In this document: piece by piece, positions 8,972-17,936 of the stretch
Position numbering within the stretch: the stretch's first letter is position 1
How the letters are laid out: each line of letters opens with the position of its first letter
DNA from: a virus
Lineage: Duplodnaviria > Caudoviricetes
Reading direction: 5' to 3' (one strand)
IMG/VR virus record: IMGVR_UViG_3300047282_000628
Coordinates: 1-39,203 of that record
DNA: 39,203 nucleotides
Notes under the pieces: model-generated
Told to the model about the DNA's origin: nothing
Database searches by the model: none
Seen by the model: the letters and a program-made list of their open reading frames with translations, nothing else
Translations under genes and position numbers: made by a program

Positions 8972-9463
8972 TTACTTACCTAATTTTTGCTTAGCTAAAG
9001 CAAGCAGATTGTTCATCATATTGTGGGAGGTCAAAGGATACTCCTGAGGCAGTGTTGGAGTATTTAAGAAGTTCTGCTTGCCCACGGAGAGAGCTTGGCG
9101 CATACGCATCCGCTGCTCAGGAACCGACTGAGCGATGGATTCCATGTACTGCGCCTGACTCATGTCGTCAGGGCTGTTAGGTAAAGGAATATTTTTCTGG
9201 TTGTAGCCAGCAACGCCGGTAAGAGCCGTGGATTTTTTGATGTTGGACTCGGCGTACTCAACAGGTCCGACAGGAGGGCGAATATAAACACCGCGATCCT
9301 TCTCAAGTTGAGCAGCGATGCGATTGGCGTCATCAAGCTGAAGGGTGCGACGTACGCCACGGGTGAGCTCAACGTTGTAGCCGTCCAGGCCAGGGGGGAA
9401 CATGAGGCCACCCATAGCCTCCGGGGCGTTCCCACGTGCGTCTGAGCCGGGAAGGATGGCCAT
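8972..9463 (-). CDS. Hypothetical protein, possibly virion-associated
   Basis: 163-aa ORF, tightly packed in the operon. Confidence 0.65.
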   Translation of the reverse strand: MAILPGSDARGNAPEAMGGLMFPPGLDGYNVELTRGVRRTLQLDDANRIAAQLEKDRGVYIRPPVGPVEYAESNIKKSTALTGVAGYNQKNIPLPNSPDDMSQAQYMESIAQSVPEQRMRMRQALSVGKQNFLNTPTLPQEYPLTSHNMMNNLLALAKQKLGK

Positions 9464-9685
9464 CTACTGTTCGCTCCGGTTTGTACTACGGCTCAATACT
9501 CTTATATTAGCGTCAGAATTATTTAGAGGATTACCATCACGGTGGTCGACATCCTTCCCGTCACCCTTCCGGACGCGACCTTCACGCTCTAACCGGCGAC
9601 GAGCTTTGTTACGCGCGGCTCGCCGCTTTTTCTGAGCGTCTGTACCGTGGTAAGTTTTGTACTCCTGATCGTAATCTCTAGACAC
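9464..9685 (-). CDS. Minimal HNH protein
   Basis: KGDGKDVDHRDGNPLNNSDANIRVLSRSTNR with a basic N-terminal helix. Confidence 0.8.
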   Translation of the reverse strand: MSRDYDQEYKTYHGTDAQKKRRAARNKARRRLEREGRVRKGDGKDVDHRDGNPLNNSDANIRVLSRSTNRSEQ

Positions 9686-9687
9686 AA

Positions 9688-9969
9688 CTACTTAGTAGAT
9701 GTTTCTATTTTAGATTCATCGGTATCTAAACGAAAAGTTTTAACGTTACCCCGAGCCCAATAATCGCGTAAAGTCCACGCGGCATCTTTTTCGAAACGCT
9801 TCCAAAGACCGGTATAGGTGTGATCTTCGGGTTTATACAGATCATATAAAACCTCTAAAAAATCAGCTTTATCCTGTTCTTCCTGAACATTCCAATTGTC
9901 AAGGACGGCTTGCCAATCAAATCCTTGGAAATTCGTAGTGCTCTTGGAAGTTTCGGACAAGACTTTCAA
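9688..9969 (-). CDS. Hypothetical protein
   Basis: ORF in operon context, start uncertain. Confidence 0.55.
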   Translation of the reverse strand: MKVLSETSKSTTNFQGFDWQAVLDNWNVQEEQDKADFLEVLYDLYKPEDHTYTGLWKRFEKDAAWTLRDYWARGNVKTFRLDTDESKIETSTK

Positions 9970-10117
9970 TTAGCGCAGACCGATAACTTAGCATCCGAGC
10001 CATCTCGCGGGTTGTCAAATCCCCAAGAGGACTGGAATCTTCATCCCAATTAAAGGTTTTTTCCTGAGCACGAGTGTCGGCACATCGCGCAATATTGTCC
10101 CAAGCTAAAGAATTCAT
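9917..10117 (-). CDS. Hypothetical protein
   Basis: ATGA overlap with the endolysin stop. Confidence 0.5.
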   Translation of the reverse strand: MNSLAWDNIARCADTRAQEKTFNWDEDSSPLGDLTTREMARMLSYRSALIESLVRNFQEHYEFPRI

Positions 10118-11358
10118 TTGGAAGCCTTAATAACCCAGCCGGTTCCGGGTCCCTCAACCATAAACCGGGGACCTAAATTTTTCTTGGAATATAAAAGTTG
10201 TTTACCGTTAGAGGAAACATAGCCGCCGTTAACTAAATCCATTTCACCGAAGGGATCGTTCACGACGTATTTTGTATTATCTTCATTGCGTCCGATAATG
10301 ACAATCCAATGTCCACCGCCCGTGGGGTTGGAAACTGGCCCCTTGTGGAGAACTCCAATCGGAACAGGGATGCCCCGTGTCAACTGAGAATCGATATCAC
10401 TCCAACCAAAGTTTTGCCGAAACTCTGCAGAAACGCCAAAATCCTTTAGAGCCTTGACTTGTACAGAAGCATCGGTGGTATCACCGTAAGCATATACAAC
10501 TTTGATGTAATCATCATCATTTGCAATACTGGACGGTTTTAAATATTTCAATAGCATCGCGCAGCTGCTGCTAAAGCAAGTGCGCATAGGATCTACTTTG
10601 TTATCACGCTGACTGAAATAAGGAACATTTAAAACCAGCTTATTTGCGTGGGAAAAATCTTCCGACTCGACAGATACTGGATCATTAATAATTTTCCAGT
10701 GGTCTGGGAAGAACCACCAATCTCGATCTGGTTGCGCGGTTAACTTCAATTTATAGTCTGATTTGCCGGGAACCATAGTTATAAGATCCCAGGCGTGTGC
10801 AGAGCCTTTAGGGACGAATAACTTACGTTCTGCAGGTAATTCAGCAGCCTGCAGGGGCTCACGCTTAAGCCACGTGTCTCGCTTTGCGACGATCGAAGAG
10901 CTCAAGAGAGGGTGCAGAGGCTTGGTCAAAAATAGCGCTTTTTCTTGTTCGCGCCGGATTCTTAATCCTTCGCTTACTTTTGAACCGACTTTTACCCACT
11001 TTAAAAATTCAGACGCAACAATAGCTCGGTCAGTTCTGTCGTTTAAAAGAGTGAGCAACGTGGAAGATTTAAAAGCATATCCGCCAACGTTAAAAGTAAA
11101 ACTTACAAGAGCATCAAATTCATTCTGATTAACAGGAACTTTTAAATTGTCATTAACAAACTGTTCAAAATAAGCCACATCGTCCCGAAGCAGAGCATCC
11201 GCTTCAGGCTCAGTAATAGTCAGGTCAGCTCCTATATCGGGTCCAGTTGAACCGTAACCTACAGTCCAAATACCCGCCTCACATTGGTAAGAGGTGAGGC
11301 GGAGACCCTCAAATTTTTTTATAAGATCTAACCCTTTTTGGGAGATCTTATGGCTCAC
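10114..11358 (-). CDS. Modular endolysin: GH24 lysozyme plus C39-like peptidase
   Basis: LIKKFEGLRL...WTVGYGST...QNEFDALVSFTFNVG...GLRIRREQE. C-terminal VPYFSQRDN...TCFSSSCAM...GHWIVIIG...VNDPFG gives a Cys-His-Asp triad. Confidence 0.9.
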   Translation of the reverse strand: MSHKISQKGLDLIKKFEGLRLTSYQCEAGIWTVGYGSTGPDIGADLTITEPEADALLRDDVAYFEQFVNDNLKVPVNQNEFDALVSFTFNVGGYAFKSSTLLTLLNDRTDRAIVASEFLKWVKVGSKVSEGLRIRREQEKALFLTKPLHPLLSSSIVAKRDTWLKREPLQAAELPAERKLFVPKGSAHAWDLITMVPGKSDYKLKLTAQPDRDWWFFPDHWKIINDPVSVESEDFSHANKLVLNVPYFSQRDNKVDPMRTCFSSSCAMLLKYLKPSSIANDDDYIKVVYAYGDTTDASVQVKALKDFGVSAEFRQNFGWSDIDSQLTRGIPVPIGVLHKGPVSNPTGGGHWIVIIGRNEDNTKYVVNDPFGEMDLVNGGYVSSNGKQLLYSKKNLGPRFMVEGPGTGWVIKASK

Positions 11359-11792
11359 GCAGGAGTAACGTCGAGACCGACTTTGTACTCGGCTCCGCTA
11401 CGACCCTTGAGCTGGATGTAGGTGTAATAGACGCCAGAAGAGTTGATGTTGGCGGTCGTCACCGAGTTGGCGCGGGAACTGAACTTCGAAGGCGAAGCGG
11501 TCAGAACCTCATCACCAGATGAATTTAAAACAATAACGTCACCGCAGGAGTTGGTCTCACGGATGTTGACACGCATAACGCCGGTAGCGTTGACGGTCAG
11601 TTGGTAATAATCAGAAATACCATAAATACCGTCAGCGGCATATTCACGCTGAGACGCGGTGACAACGACCACGCCGCTGGCATTCAGAGTACGGCGCTGA
11701 TCAAACGAGGTCGAATACGCTCGGTAACTAGAGGTAGAAACACCGCTAGCGAGGAGGTTATCGAGCTCCGAATTTTTAGTAAATTGGCTCAC
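11355..11792 (-). CDS. Hypothetical beta-sandwich (PPC-like) protein
   Basis: DYYQLTV...SGVYYTYIQ...YKVGL pattern. Confidence 0.5.
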   Translation of the reverse strand: MSQFTKNSELDNLLASGVSTSSYRAYSTSFDQRRTLNASGVVVVTASQREYAADGIYGISDYYQLTVNATGVMRVNIRETNSCGDVIVLNSSGDEVLTASPSKFSSRANSVTTANINSSGVYYTYIQLKGRSGAEYKVGLDVTPA

Positions 11793-11887
11793 TGTAAAGC
11801 CCTCTGAATATTGTTAGTTTAAACGATATTTTATGGTCGGTAAGAACAACAAACTCCTAAAATTTAAAAAGGGTAGATTATTGAGCC

Positions 11888-12157
11888 GTGGGTCCCGAAG
11901 CTTTAGTAGCAATAGCTGCCACGGTGCTCGGGTTTTTCACGTGGTCGCATCAACAGAGGCAGACAGTATTAAACGATAGGTTTAATTCTGTTAAAAAGCG
12001 ACTAGATGATGTGGAAAAAATAGTGACAGATTTTCCGATGACTTATGCGTCAAAAGCAGACCTGAATTCAGGCTTAACAGAAATTAAAGACCGTTTAAAT
12101 CATATCAACGATAAATTAGATCAGTTGATCCTAAGTAAGATCAATGAAAAAAATTAA
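11888..12157 (+). CDS. Holin/lysis-associated membrane protein
   Basis: N-terminal TM helix plus coiled coil ending INDKLDQLI, near the endolysin. Confidence 0.55.
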   Translation: MGPEALVAIAATVLGFFTWSHQQRQTVLNDRFNSVKKRLDDVEKIVTDFPMTYASKADLNSGLTEIKDRLNHINDKLDQLILSKINEKN

Positions 12158-12458
12158 GTACAATTTTTGGTTTGCAATTCTGTATGAATTATTAAAAGAT
12201 ATAGCGGAGCACTTCCCAAAAGTTAATAGATATAAAATTGTAAGACTAATATTAAATTACTGTAAACACGATTGGGTGCTATGGAAGATAGATACGACAC
12301 TAAATGACGTAGATAAACAGGTAGAACAGATAAAAAAAGATTGGGCTAAAGCTGACGCACCGACGACAACTTATATAGAACACCCTTCTGACGGATCAAA
12401 AGCGCAGCAACTACTCGGCGGAGCAATGGAAATAAGAAGCAACTTCAAAAGGGAGTAA
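12144..12458 (+). CDS. Hypothetical protein
   Basis: 104-aa ORF overlapping the upstream gene. Confidence 0.6.
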   Translation: MKKIKYNFWFAILYELLKDIAEHFPKVNRYKIVRLILNYCKHDWVLWKIDTTLNDVDKQVEQIKKDWAKADAPTTTYIEHPSDGSKAQQLLGGAMEIRSNFKRE

Positions 12459-12481
12459 TATAGATATATCCAGGAGGTCTT

Positions 12482-12658
12482 ATGGACAACCTACTTGCAC
12501 ACGCTAAAACGCTGGTCGAAATTTTACTGGCTATCCACGCGTTGGCGCTGATTATCGTCAATGTGACGCCGACCAAAAAAGATGACGCCGCAGTAGCTAC
12601 CTACTACCGGATCGTCGAAATCCTGGCCGGTATCATTACTCGGCTTGCGAAGCAGTAG
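12482..12658 (+). CDS. Small holin-like protein, 58 aa (not in ORF track)
   Basis: AGGAGG RBS. MDNLLAHAKTLVEILLAIHALALIIVNVTPTKKDDAAVATYYRIVEILAGIITRLAKQ has a TM helix and a TPTxKDD motif. Confidence 0.7.
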   Translation: MDNLLAHAKTLVEILLAIHALALIIVNVTPTKKDDAAVATYYRIVEILAGIITRLAKQ

Positions 12659-13031
12659 TCGACGAGCAAATTAACGGAGTCTGACAGAGTTTTTTATACT
12701 CTCTGGCAGACTCCACTTGCATATGGTCTTGGTTTACCCAGGTCAAAAGTCTTTCCTCACGGTCTAAGAGCCAGAAAGTCTGGGCTCGAAACCAACTGAA
12801 AAAATCTGAGTCAGATTTTTGAAGATTACAATCAGCACAGGCGGCGACTAAGTTACTCCTACATGTTGATCCGCCCTTAGAACGAGGAATCACATGGTCT
12901 AACGTAGAAGGGTTGTGACGACCGCAATAAGCGCAGCCGTCCCACGCCTCGAAGATGTCCTTCCTGAATCTTTTACGGGCAGAGCTTCGCTGTAAACACT
13001 TGAGTTCGAACAGAAGGTCTTGTTCGCTCAC
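12636..13031 (-). CDS. HNH endonuclease (McrA-like, Zn-binding)
   Basis: CAYCG...TLDHVIPRSKGG...NLVAACADCNLQK. Confidence 0.9.
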   Translation of the reverse strand: MSEQDLLFELKCLQRSSARKRFRKDIFEAWDGCAYCGRHNPSTLDHVIPRSKGGSTCRSNLVAACADCNLQKSDSDFFSWFRAQTFWLLDREERLLTWVNQDHMQVESAREYKKLCQTPLICSSTTASQAE

Positions 13032-13074
13032 TCAAAAGTGTGCGCCTTAGTACTATTTTAGGGAGCAGACGGAA

Positions 13075-13434
13075 TTAAGCAGAAACAAGACTCGGTAAAT
13101 AACGATCCAAAGTAATAATATGCTGCGATTTAGCGGAAAAAGATTCAGCTAAAAACTCACAAGCTCGTTCCGGATCAGTTGTAACTCCGCAGGTAAATAC
13201 ATCCACGGCGGCATACCCGTGTTCAGGCCAGGTGTGGATAGATATATGAGATTCAGCTAGAAGCGCAAAACCAGTTACACCCTGAGGGCTGAATGAGTGT
13301 GTTTTTATGTCCAGTAAAGTAGCGTTAGCATCTAAAGCAGCACCCACTAAAGAATCGCGTATAAAGATCTCATCGTTTAATTTGTCACGATCAGCATTAT
13401 ATAGTTCTAAGACACAATGCTTGCCGTGACCCAT
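13075..13434 (-). CDS. speD: Pyruvoyl S-adenosylmethionine decarboxylase proenzyme (class 1b)
   Basis: [45 protein letters not shown] with the E|SH self-cleavage site. Start at ATG 13434. Confidence 0.93.
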   Translation of the reverse strand: MGHGKHCVLELYNADRDKLNDEIFIRDSLVGAALDANATLLDIKTHSFSPQGVTGFALLAESHISIHTWPEHGYAAVDVFTCGVTTDPERACEFLAESFSAKSQHIITLDRYLPSLVSA

Positions 13435-13486
13435 GGATAGACACAAGACCCAATAAAGTATAGAAGCAGTCAAAACAAATACCCAT

Positions 13487-13509
13487 AAAAAAAGCCCCCG
13501 TAGGAGCTT
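13487..13509 (-). terminator. Rho-independent terminator ending the tail-fibre operon
   Basis: Minus strand AAGCTCC-tacg-GGGGCTT followed by a T run. Confidence 0.75.
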
Positions 13510-13531
13510 ATAAAAACAAATCGACAGCGAA

Positions 13532-14035
13532 TTACGGTTTCTGCGGCCAGGTAATCCCCCAAGGGAAACCGGGTTGCTGGGGGATATTACGCAAATCCTC
13601 TCGATATAACTCCCAAGCAATTTTACCTTGGTTGTCTAAAGGGCTATCGAGCAGTTGCGTCCAATCACACTCAGCTAATCGAGAGTTTCGGTCGGTGCGA
13701 ACAACTTTGGCCTGATCTGAATCTTTTGTAAAGCAGTATGCTTCATACTGTTCAGAAGCAGTGTGTACTACCCCTTGGTCATCGGTGTAGTCTTGAAAAA
13801 CGGGGCCGGCGATATAATGCGTGTACCATTTGCCATCGATCTCAACCACGCCATCACGTTGGCTGTACTGGTACGGCGGGATTGTGGTGGCTTGGGGACC
13901 TTCCAGCACGGGGTCATAGCCGAAATCGTTGATGATCTCAGCGGTCAGCTGCGGCGGGAAGCTGGTGTTTGGATTAGAGCGGCGAAACTCGTCCTCAGTG
14001 ATGACAGCGCCGGTGGTGCGGTTGCGGAGTTCCAT
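13532..14035 (-). CDS. Tail fibre assembly chaperone
   Basis: [22 protein letters not shown]...[27 protein letters not shown]. Confidence 0.85.
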   Translation of the reverse strand: MELRNRTTGAVITEDEFRRSNPNTSFPPQLTAEIINDFGYDPVLEGPQATTIPPYQYSQRDGVVEIDGKWYTHYIAGPVFQDYTDDQGVVHTASEQYEAYCFTKDSDQAKVVRTDRNSRLAECDWTQLLDSPLDNQGKIAWELYREDLRNIPQQPGFPWGITWPQKP

Positions 14036-14037
14036 GG

Positions 14038-14793
14038 TTAAACGGTAGCAACGGATTTGTGGCGACAGTTATCGCCATGCCACCTCAGGTAATTGCCTTT
14101 GCTGGCTTCTTTGCCACAATGCTCACATGCGATTACAGGATCCTTTTTGCCCTTGCGTGGAGATTGCCGCCCATACATAGGATTGTTTTCGCCTTTCATT
14201 TTTATGGACATTTTCTCCGAGAAAGATGCTGGCCTGGGCTTACCTTTCCGCGCCTCCGACATTTTGCGTTTTGTCTCTTCTGACGCCTTAAGCCCAAGGT
14301 GAAAATCACGCAGCTTTTGCCTATGTTCTTCACTAAACACGCGACCTTTAAAAGCCTCGGACATTTTTTGCTTCGTCTCCTCCGAGCGAGAGAAACAGCC
14401 GTGTGTATTACCCGGCTTAAAACCTAAACCACTATTTTTATATTCTTCTGTTTGCGTCCAGTTTTCTACGCCGTAGCGTTCCAAACAAGCTTGCTTTACC
14501 GCCTCAGGGTTTATGGCCTTTGCCGCCGCCTGATTAAACCATTCATCACTAAGATGTGCATTATGTTCTTTTATGTAATCGAGTTCATAAGCAATAGCCT
14601 TTTCTGCGTTCTCGAATAATACGGTTTCTACAATTTCAAAACAACACGGATCCTCATTCAGCATTTTTTTGACCACGCGAGATGAGGTGAAATACTTTAC
14701 AAGTAACTCGGATGGCTCGCATCCCTTTGCGTAACGCACGCCAGCATATTGCTTGCCTGACTGTCGATGCCTTAATAAATAAAAGTATGCCAT
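14038..14793 (-). CDS. Free-standing GIY-YIG (Seg-like) homing endonuclease with NUMOD3 repeats
   Basis: YFYLLRH..SGKQYAGVR...YFTSS, repeats SEETKQKMSEA, SEEHRQKL and SEETKRKMSEARKGK, C-terminal CEHCGK...RWHGDNC. Confidence 0.8.
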   Translation of the reverse strand: MAYFYLLRHRQSGKQYAGVRYAKGCEPSELLVKYFTSSRVVKKMLNEDPCCFEIVETVLFENAEKAIAYELDYIKEHNAHLSDEWFNQAAAKAINPEAVKQACLERYGVENWTQTEEYKNSGLGFKPGNTHGCFSRSEETKQKMSEAFKGRVFSEEHRQKLRDFHLGLKASEETKRKMSEARKGKPRPASFSEKMSIKMKGENNPMYGRQSPRKGKKDPVIACEHCGKEASKGNYLRWHGDNCRHKSVATV

Positions 14794-16770
14794 CTACGCC
14801 ACCGCTAAAAAGATGTAACTACCGCCACTAGCGTTTATCTCTGCGGGAGCAGTAGAGCTAATTTGGAATCCAGAAGAGAGAGGGTCGATGTAATCGGTGT
14901 TCGTTACTTCGGCTGCTGTGCTATTCAATAAAAGATACGTATCGTTACCGGACACAATACCCCTTGCAGAATCCCAAATATACCAGTTTCCGGTTGAGTC
15001 TGTGCGTTTAATCAGCACCAGTCTTGAGCCCGATGTGAAGCCGCAGTCAATGTCTAACGTGGTGCCAGTGCCGGTGTAGCTGCCGACTTTGCTCACGCCG
15101 GGGCAGGTGGCGAAGAGGTAGGCGATGTAGGTATTGCCGGAGCCATTCACAAATGCACTTGTCCCGAGCGTAAACACAGACGATGTCGGCGTCGTGTTAT
15201 TCCAAGTTATTGAACTTGTTGTAGCAGCGGTAGTTTCGTTTAGAGAAACAAACTGTGTATTCCCTATAGAGCTTGAATACACCATCCACTTGTAACCCGT
15301 ATCTCTTACCTTAACAATCATCAACTCCGGCGCCACGCCAAGGTTATGGCTGACTGTGCGTGCTGATCCCGTGCCGGTGTAAGCCACCACGTCCATGTAG
15401 CCGGGAGCGCGGCGGAAGGCGTAGGTAATGTTCGCAAGGCCGGATGCACCTGAGCCATACAATATTCCATTATTTCGATCAGCCCCATAATGCAGTGTAT
15501 TAATAGAGGGATTAGATGCTTCTGCATCTGCACTAGAAGTAATCAAAAACCTGTTATTTGAACCAGCGCCCTGGGTAATTTGGTATCCGCGCAAACGGTC
15601 GTATACGGTAACACTGGTATAAGTGTTGCTTGTTGTTGTCCTCCATTTCCCCATCGAAAGATCAACAGCAAAACTTGTATTAAATAAACCGCCCGAGCTT
15701 GGCGTTACAGCTTCCGTTGCAAACACCTTCGTGGCATCGGTGGGCGTCTTCATCGGCCCACGGCGGATGGCGATGTAGATGTAGGTGGCAGAACTCTGAA
15801 GACTGGAGACACTAAACCCTGTTGAAGTAGGATTTTCCACTGATACGTTTGTTTCGGCAGCTGAGCTTCCAGCAAACAGAAACTGATCACCACCGCCGAG
15901 ATTCCACCCGCGCATTGTGTCGAGAATCGGCCAAGCAAAGCCATCGTTTGTGCTTGCGCACTTCAGCATGACCCATTGAGGCTCCCAGCCAAGTTGAACT
16001 GTCGCTGAACCAATTCCGTTTGTGGTAAAGCTCCCGCAGCTAATAACACTGTCATTGCCGCTATCGCCAAACCCGCCAGCGTCGTGCGCGAACAGGTAGG
16101 CGACGTAGGTGACGCCATTAGCATTAGGCGCATTATTGTTGCCTACATAAAATACGTCGGCGGTTGGTGCCTGAGAATCCCAGTACGAACCGCTGGTTGC
16201 TTCTGCCGCTGTGCTGTTCAACACCAAGTATTTATTAGCGCCACTTAAACCTCTGTGATACATATTCCAATTCCCTGTACCACTGGTGCTCTTGCATACG
16301 TACATGCCCGGCACACTGCCGAGATTGTGCGGGATAGCTTGTGTTGTGCCCGTCCCCGTATAAGTCACCACATCAAAGAACTTCGCGGCCTTGCGGAAGG
16401 TCCAGGATACAGAGGCGTCTCCATTCCTGTTTTCGTTGTTCCAGTTAGTGCCAAGTGTAAAACCATCGACATTAAAACTTGTTAGGCCATTTCCCGCAGA
16501 AATTGAAGACTCGCTGCTCGTGCTCTCTGTGTTAAGAAACTTTCGAACGCCTCTTGTTGTGTCATAGAGGTTATGGCTCCCGCCACCCGTGTAAACCCTA
16601 TCTTTCAACCAAACCAATCCCCCCTTACCGCTCAGATCAATCCCATTCGTGATTGTCTGCGTGCTGCCGTTGCCGGTATAAAGCCACGTCGAAAAAACAT
16701 CTTCAACGTATAACTTTTCACCAGCGCCAGCAGCACCGGCAAGAACACGCTGGCTGGTTAAATCAAACAT
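14794..16770 (-). CDS. Tail fibre/receptor-binding protein with internal repeats
   Basis: Repeated YTG(N/T)G...HNLG..P...K units ending YxAYLFA, C-terminus YIFLAVA. Confidence 0.8.
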   Translation of the reverse strand: MFDLTSQRVLAGAAGAGEKLYVEDVFSTWLYTGNGSTQTITNGIDLSGKGGLVWLKDRVYTGGGSHNLYDTTRGVRKFLNTESTSSESSISAGNGLTSFNVDGFTLGTNWNNENRNGDASVSWTFRKAAKFFDVVTYTGTGTTQAIPHNLGSVPGMYVCKSTSGTGNWNMYHRGLSGANKYLVLNSTAAEATSGSYWDSQAPTADVFYVGNNNAPNANGVTYVAYLFAHDAGGFGDSGNDSVISCGSFTTNGIGSATVQLGWEPQWVMLKCASTNDGFAWPILDTMRGWNLGGGDQFLFAGSSAAETNVSVENPTSTGFSVSSLQSSATYIYIAIRRGPMKTPTDATKVFATEAVTPSSGGLFNTSFAVDLSMGKWRTTTSNTYTSVTVYDRLRGYQITQGAGSNNRFLITSSADAEASNPSINTLHYGADRNNGILYGSGASGLANITYAFRRAPGYMDVVAYTGTGSARTVSHNLGVAPELMIVKVRDTGYKWMVYSSSIGNTQFVSLNETTAATTSSITWNNTTPTSSVFTLGTSAFVNGSGNTYIAYLFATCPGVSKVGSYTGTGTTLDIDCGFTSGSRLVLIKRTDSTGNWYIWDSARGIVSGNDTYLLLNSTAAEVTNTDYIDPLSSGFQISSTAPAEINASGGSYIFLAVA

Positions 16771-16773
16771 TTA

Positions 16774-17589
16774 TCAGTTCGTGTAATTAACTAACGATGC
16801 GCCACGCCAGCGGGCACCGTTGTCATCTGTAAAAAATACAAAAAGGTGCGTTTTACCCGTTGTCAGAGTCGGTGCGGTGCCACCGGGCCATTCAACTGTA
16901 GTGGGCCAAGTGATCGTGCCCGTCTGATGGGTCACCTCATGTGTAAAACTATATGATCGGCCGGATGGTACAGCCGTAAAACTCAACGTAGTGTTACCAC
17001 TTACAGTAGAAGTAAAATAGTTACCTAGAGAACAAGTAATACCACTACCCGTACCGAGGGCAACGACATTCTGAGCAACACCGCCAGAGTAATCGAAGTT
17101 AGCTACGGGAGCTTGAACATTAAAACCAAGTTGGCCGCTGGCATTAGCGAAGAAAACACCAGACCCGTTAGCAGCTAAGCCGACCGTACCAACAACTGGT
17201 GTATAAAAACCGTAAGTTGAACTGCCAATAGCCACGCCGGGCGCACTGGCCGTACCCGAAAAACCGACAACAGGTCCGGTTAACGTGCCGCCAGTAAGGG
17301 GCAGCTTCGATGCAGCCGAAGTAAGAGCGGCGTTACCAGAAGCGAGTGCGGCAGCAGCAACAACCTGAACGACACCGTCAATACCCAGCGCGTCGCCGAC
17401 AAAAATCAAGCCGCTAGGGTTTGGGGCAAGCGAAACATCAAGAGTTATCGTGCCGCCGCTAAGTGCGCCGCCGCCGATAAGACCACTGCCAGCAGCAATA
17501 GTGCCTGCGCTAGCCCCAGTAACTGTATCGCCGGGGGGAAGCTCCGACGTTACACCGCTAACTACAACTAGGGGCCGACGCGAAGCCAT
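16774..17589 (-). CDS. Tail fibre adaptor protein
   Basis: LPLTGGTLTG, GTASAPG, C-terminal GTITWP...WPGGTAPTLTTGKTHLF domain. N-terminus paralogous to 17933-18880. Confidence 0.75.
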   Translation of the reverse strand: MASRRPLVVVSGVTSELPPGDTVTGASAGTIAAGSGLIGGGALSGGTITLDVSLAPNPSGLIFVGDALGIDGVVQVVAAAALASGNAALTSAASKLPLTGGTLTGPVVGFSGTASAPGVAIGSSTYGFYTPVVGTVGLAANGSGVFFANASGQLGFNVQAPVANFDYSGGVAQNVVALGTGSGITCSLGNYFTSTVSGNTTLSFTAVPSGRSYSFTHEVTHQTGTITWPTTVEWPGGTAPTLTTGKTHLFVFFTDDNGARWRGASLVNYTN

Positions 17590-17630
17590 GATTTCCGCCT
17601 AATAGCTTAAGTATAGCGTGACCGCGACAC

Positions 17631-17936
17631 TCAATCTAAAGGTTTGGGATACTTGGCTTTAACAGCCAAACAGTCAGCTATATATTTATTAATTTGAGCT
17701 TGATCGCCTTTAACCACGCCGTCAAGGTAATCGGCGACTGGGGGGTACTCAGCGGCGCGAAGTCGTTGATAATCAGTTTTAGCGTATTCAACTAACAACC
17801 GATCATATTCAGCCTGCAAGACCTCGGAAGAAACGGGACAAGTCTCTGGTTTATGCCAAATTAACGTCGAGTCATCGAGCGAAACCTGAGCATTAGGGAC
17901 TAAATTAATAGCGGCATCTAGGAGAGTAGGTTTCAC
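17631..17936 (-). CDS. Tail fibre chaperone-like protein
   Basis: YQRLRAAEYPPVADYLD...AVKAKYPKP directly after a fibre gene. Confidence 0.75.
   Translation of the reverse strand: MKPTLLDAAINLVPNAQVSLDDSTLIWHKPETCPVSSEVLQAEYDRLLVEYAKTDYQRLRAAEYPPVADYLDGVVKGDQAQINKYIADCLAVKAKYPKPLD

Noticed and set aside
13435-13620. N-terminal extension of speD in the ORF track (181 aa)
   Set aside because: It crosses a terminator and overlaps the chaperone gene. Homology begins at MGHGKH (13434).
14038-14793. Group I intron around the GIY-YIG gene
   Set aside because: There is no flanking non-coding sequence for a ribozyme core and both neighbours are complete.
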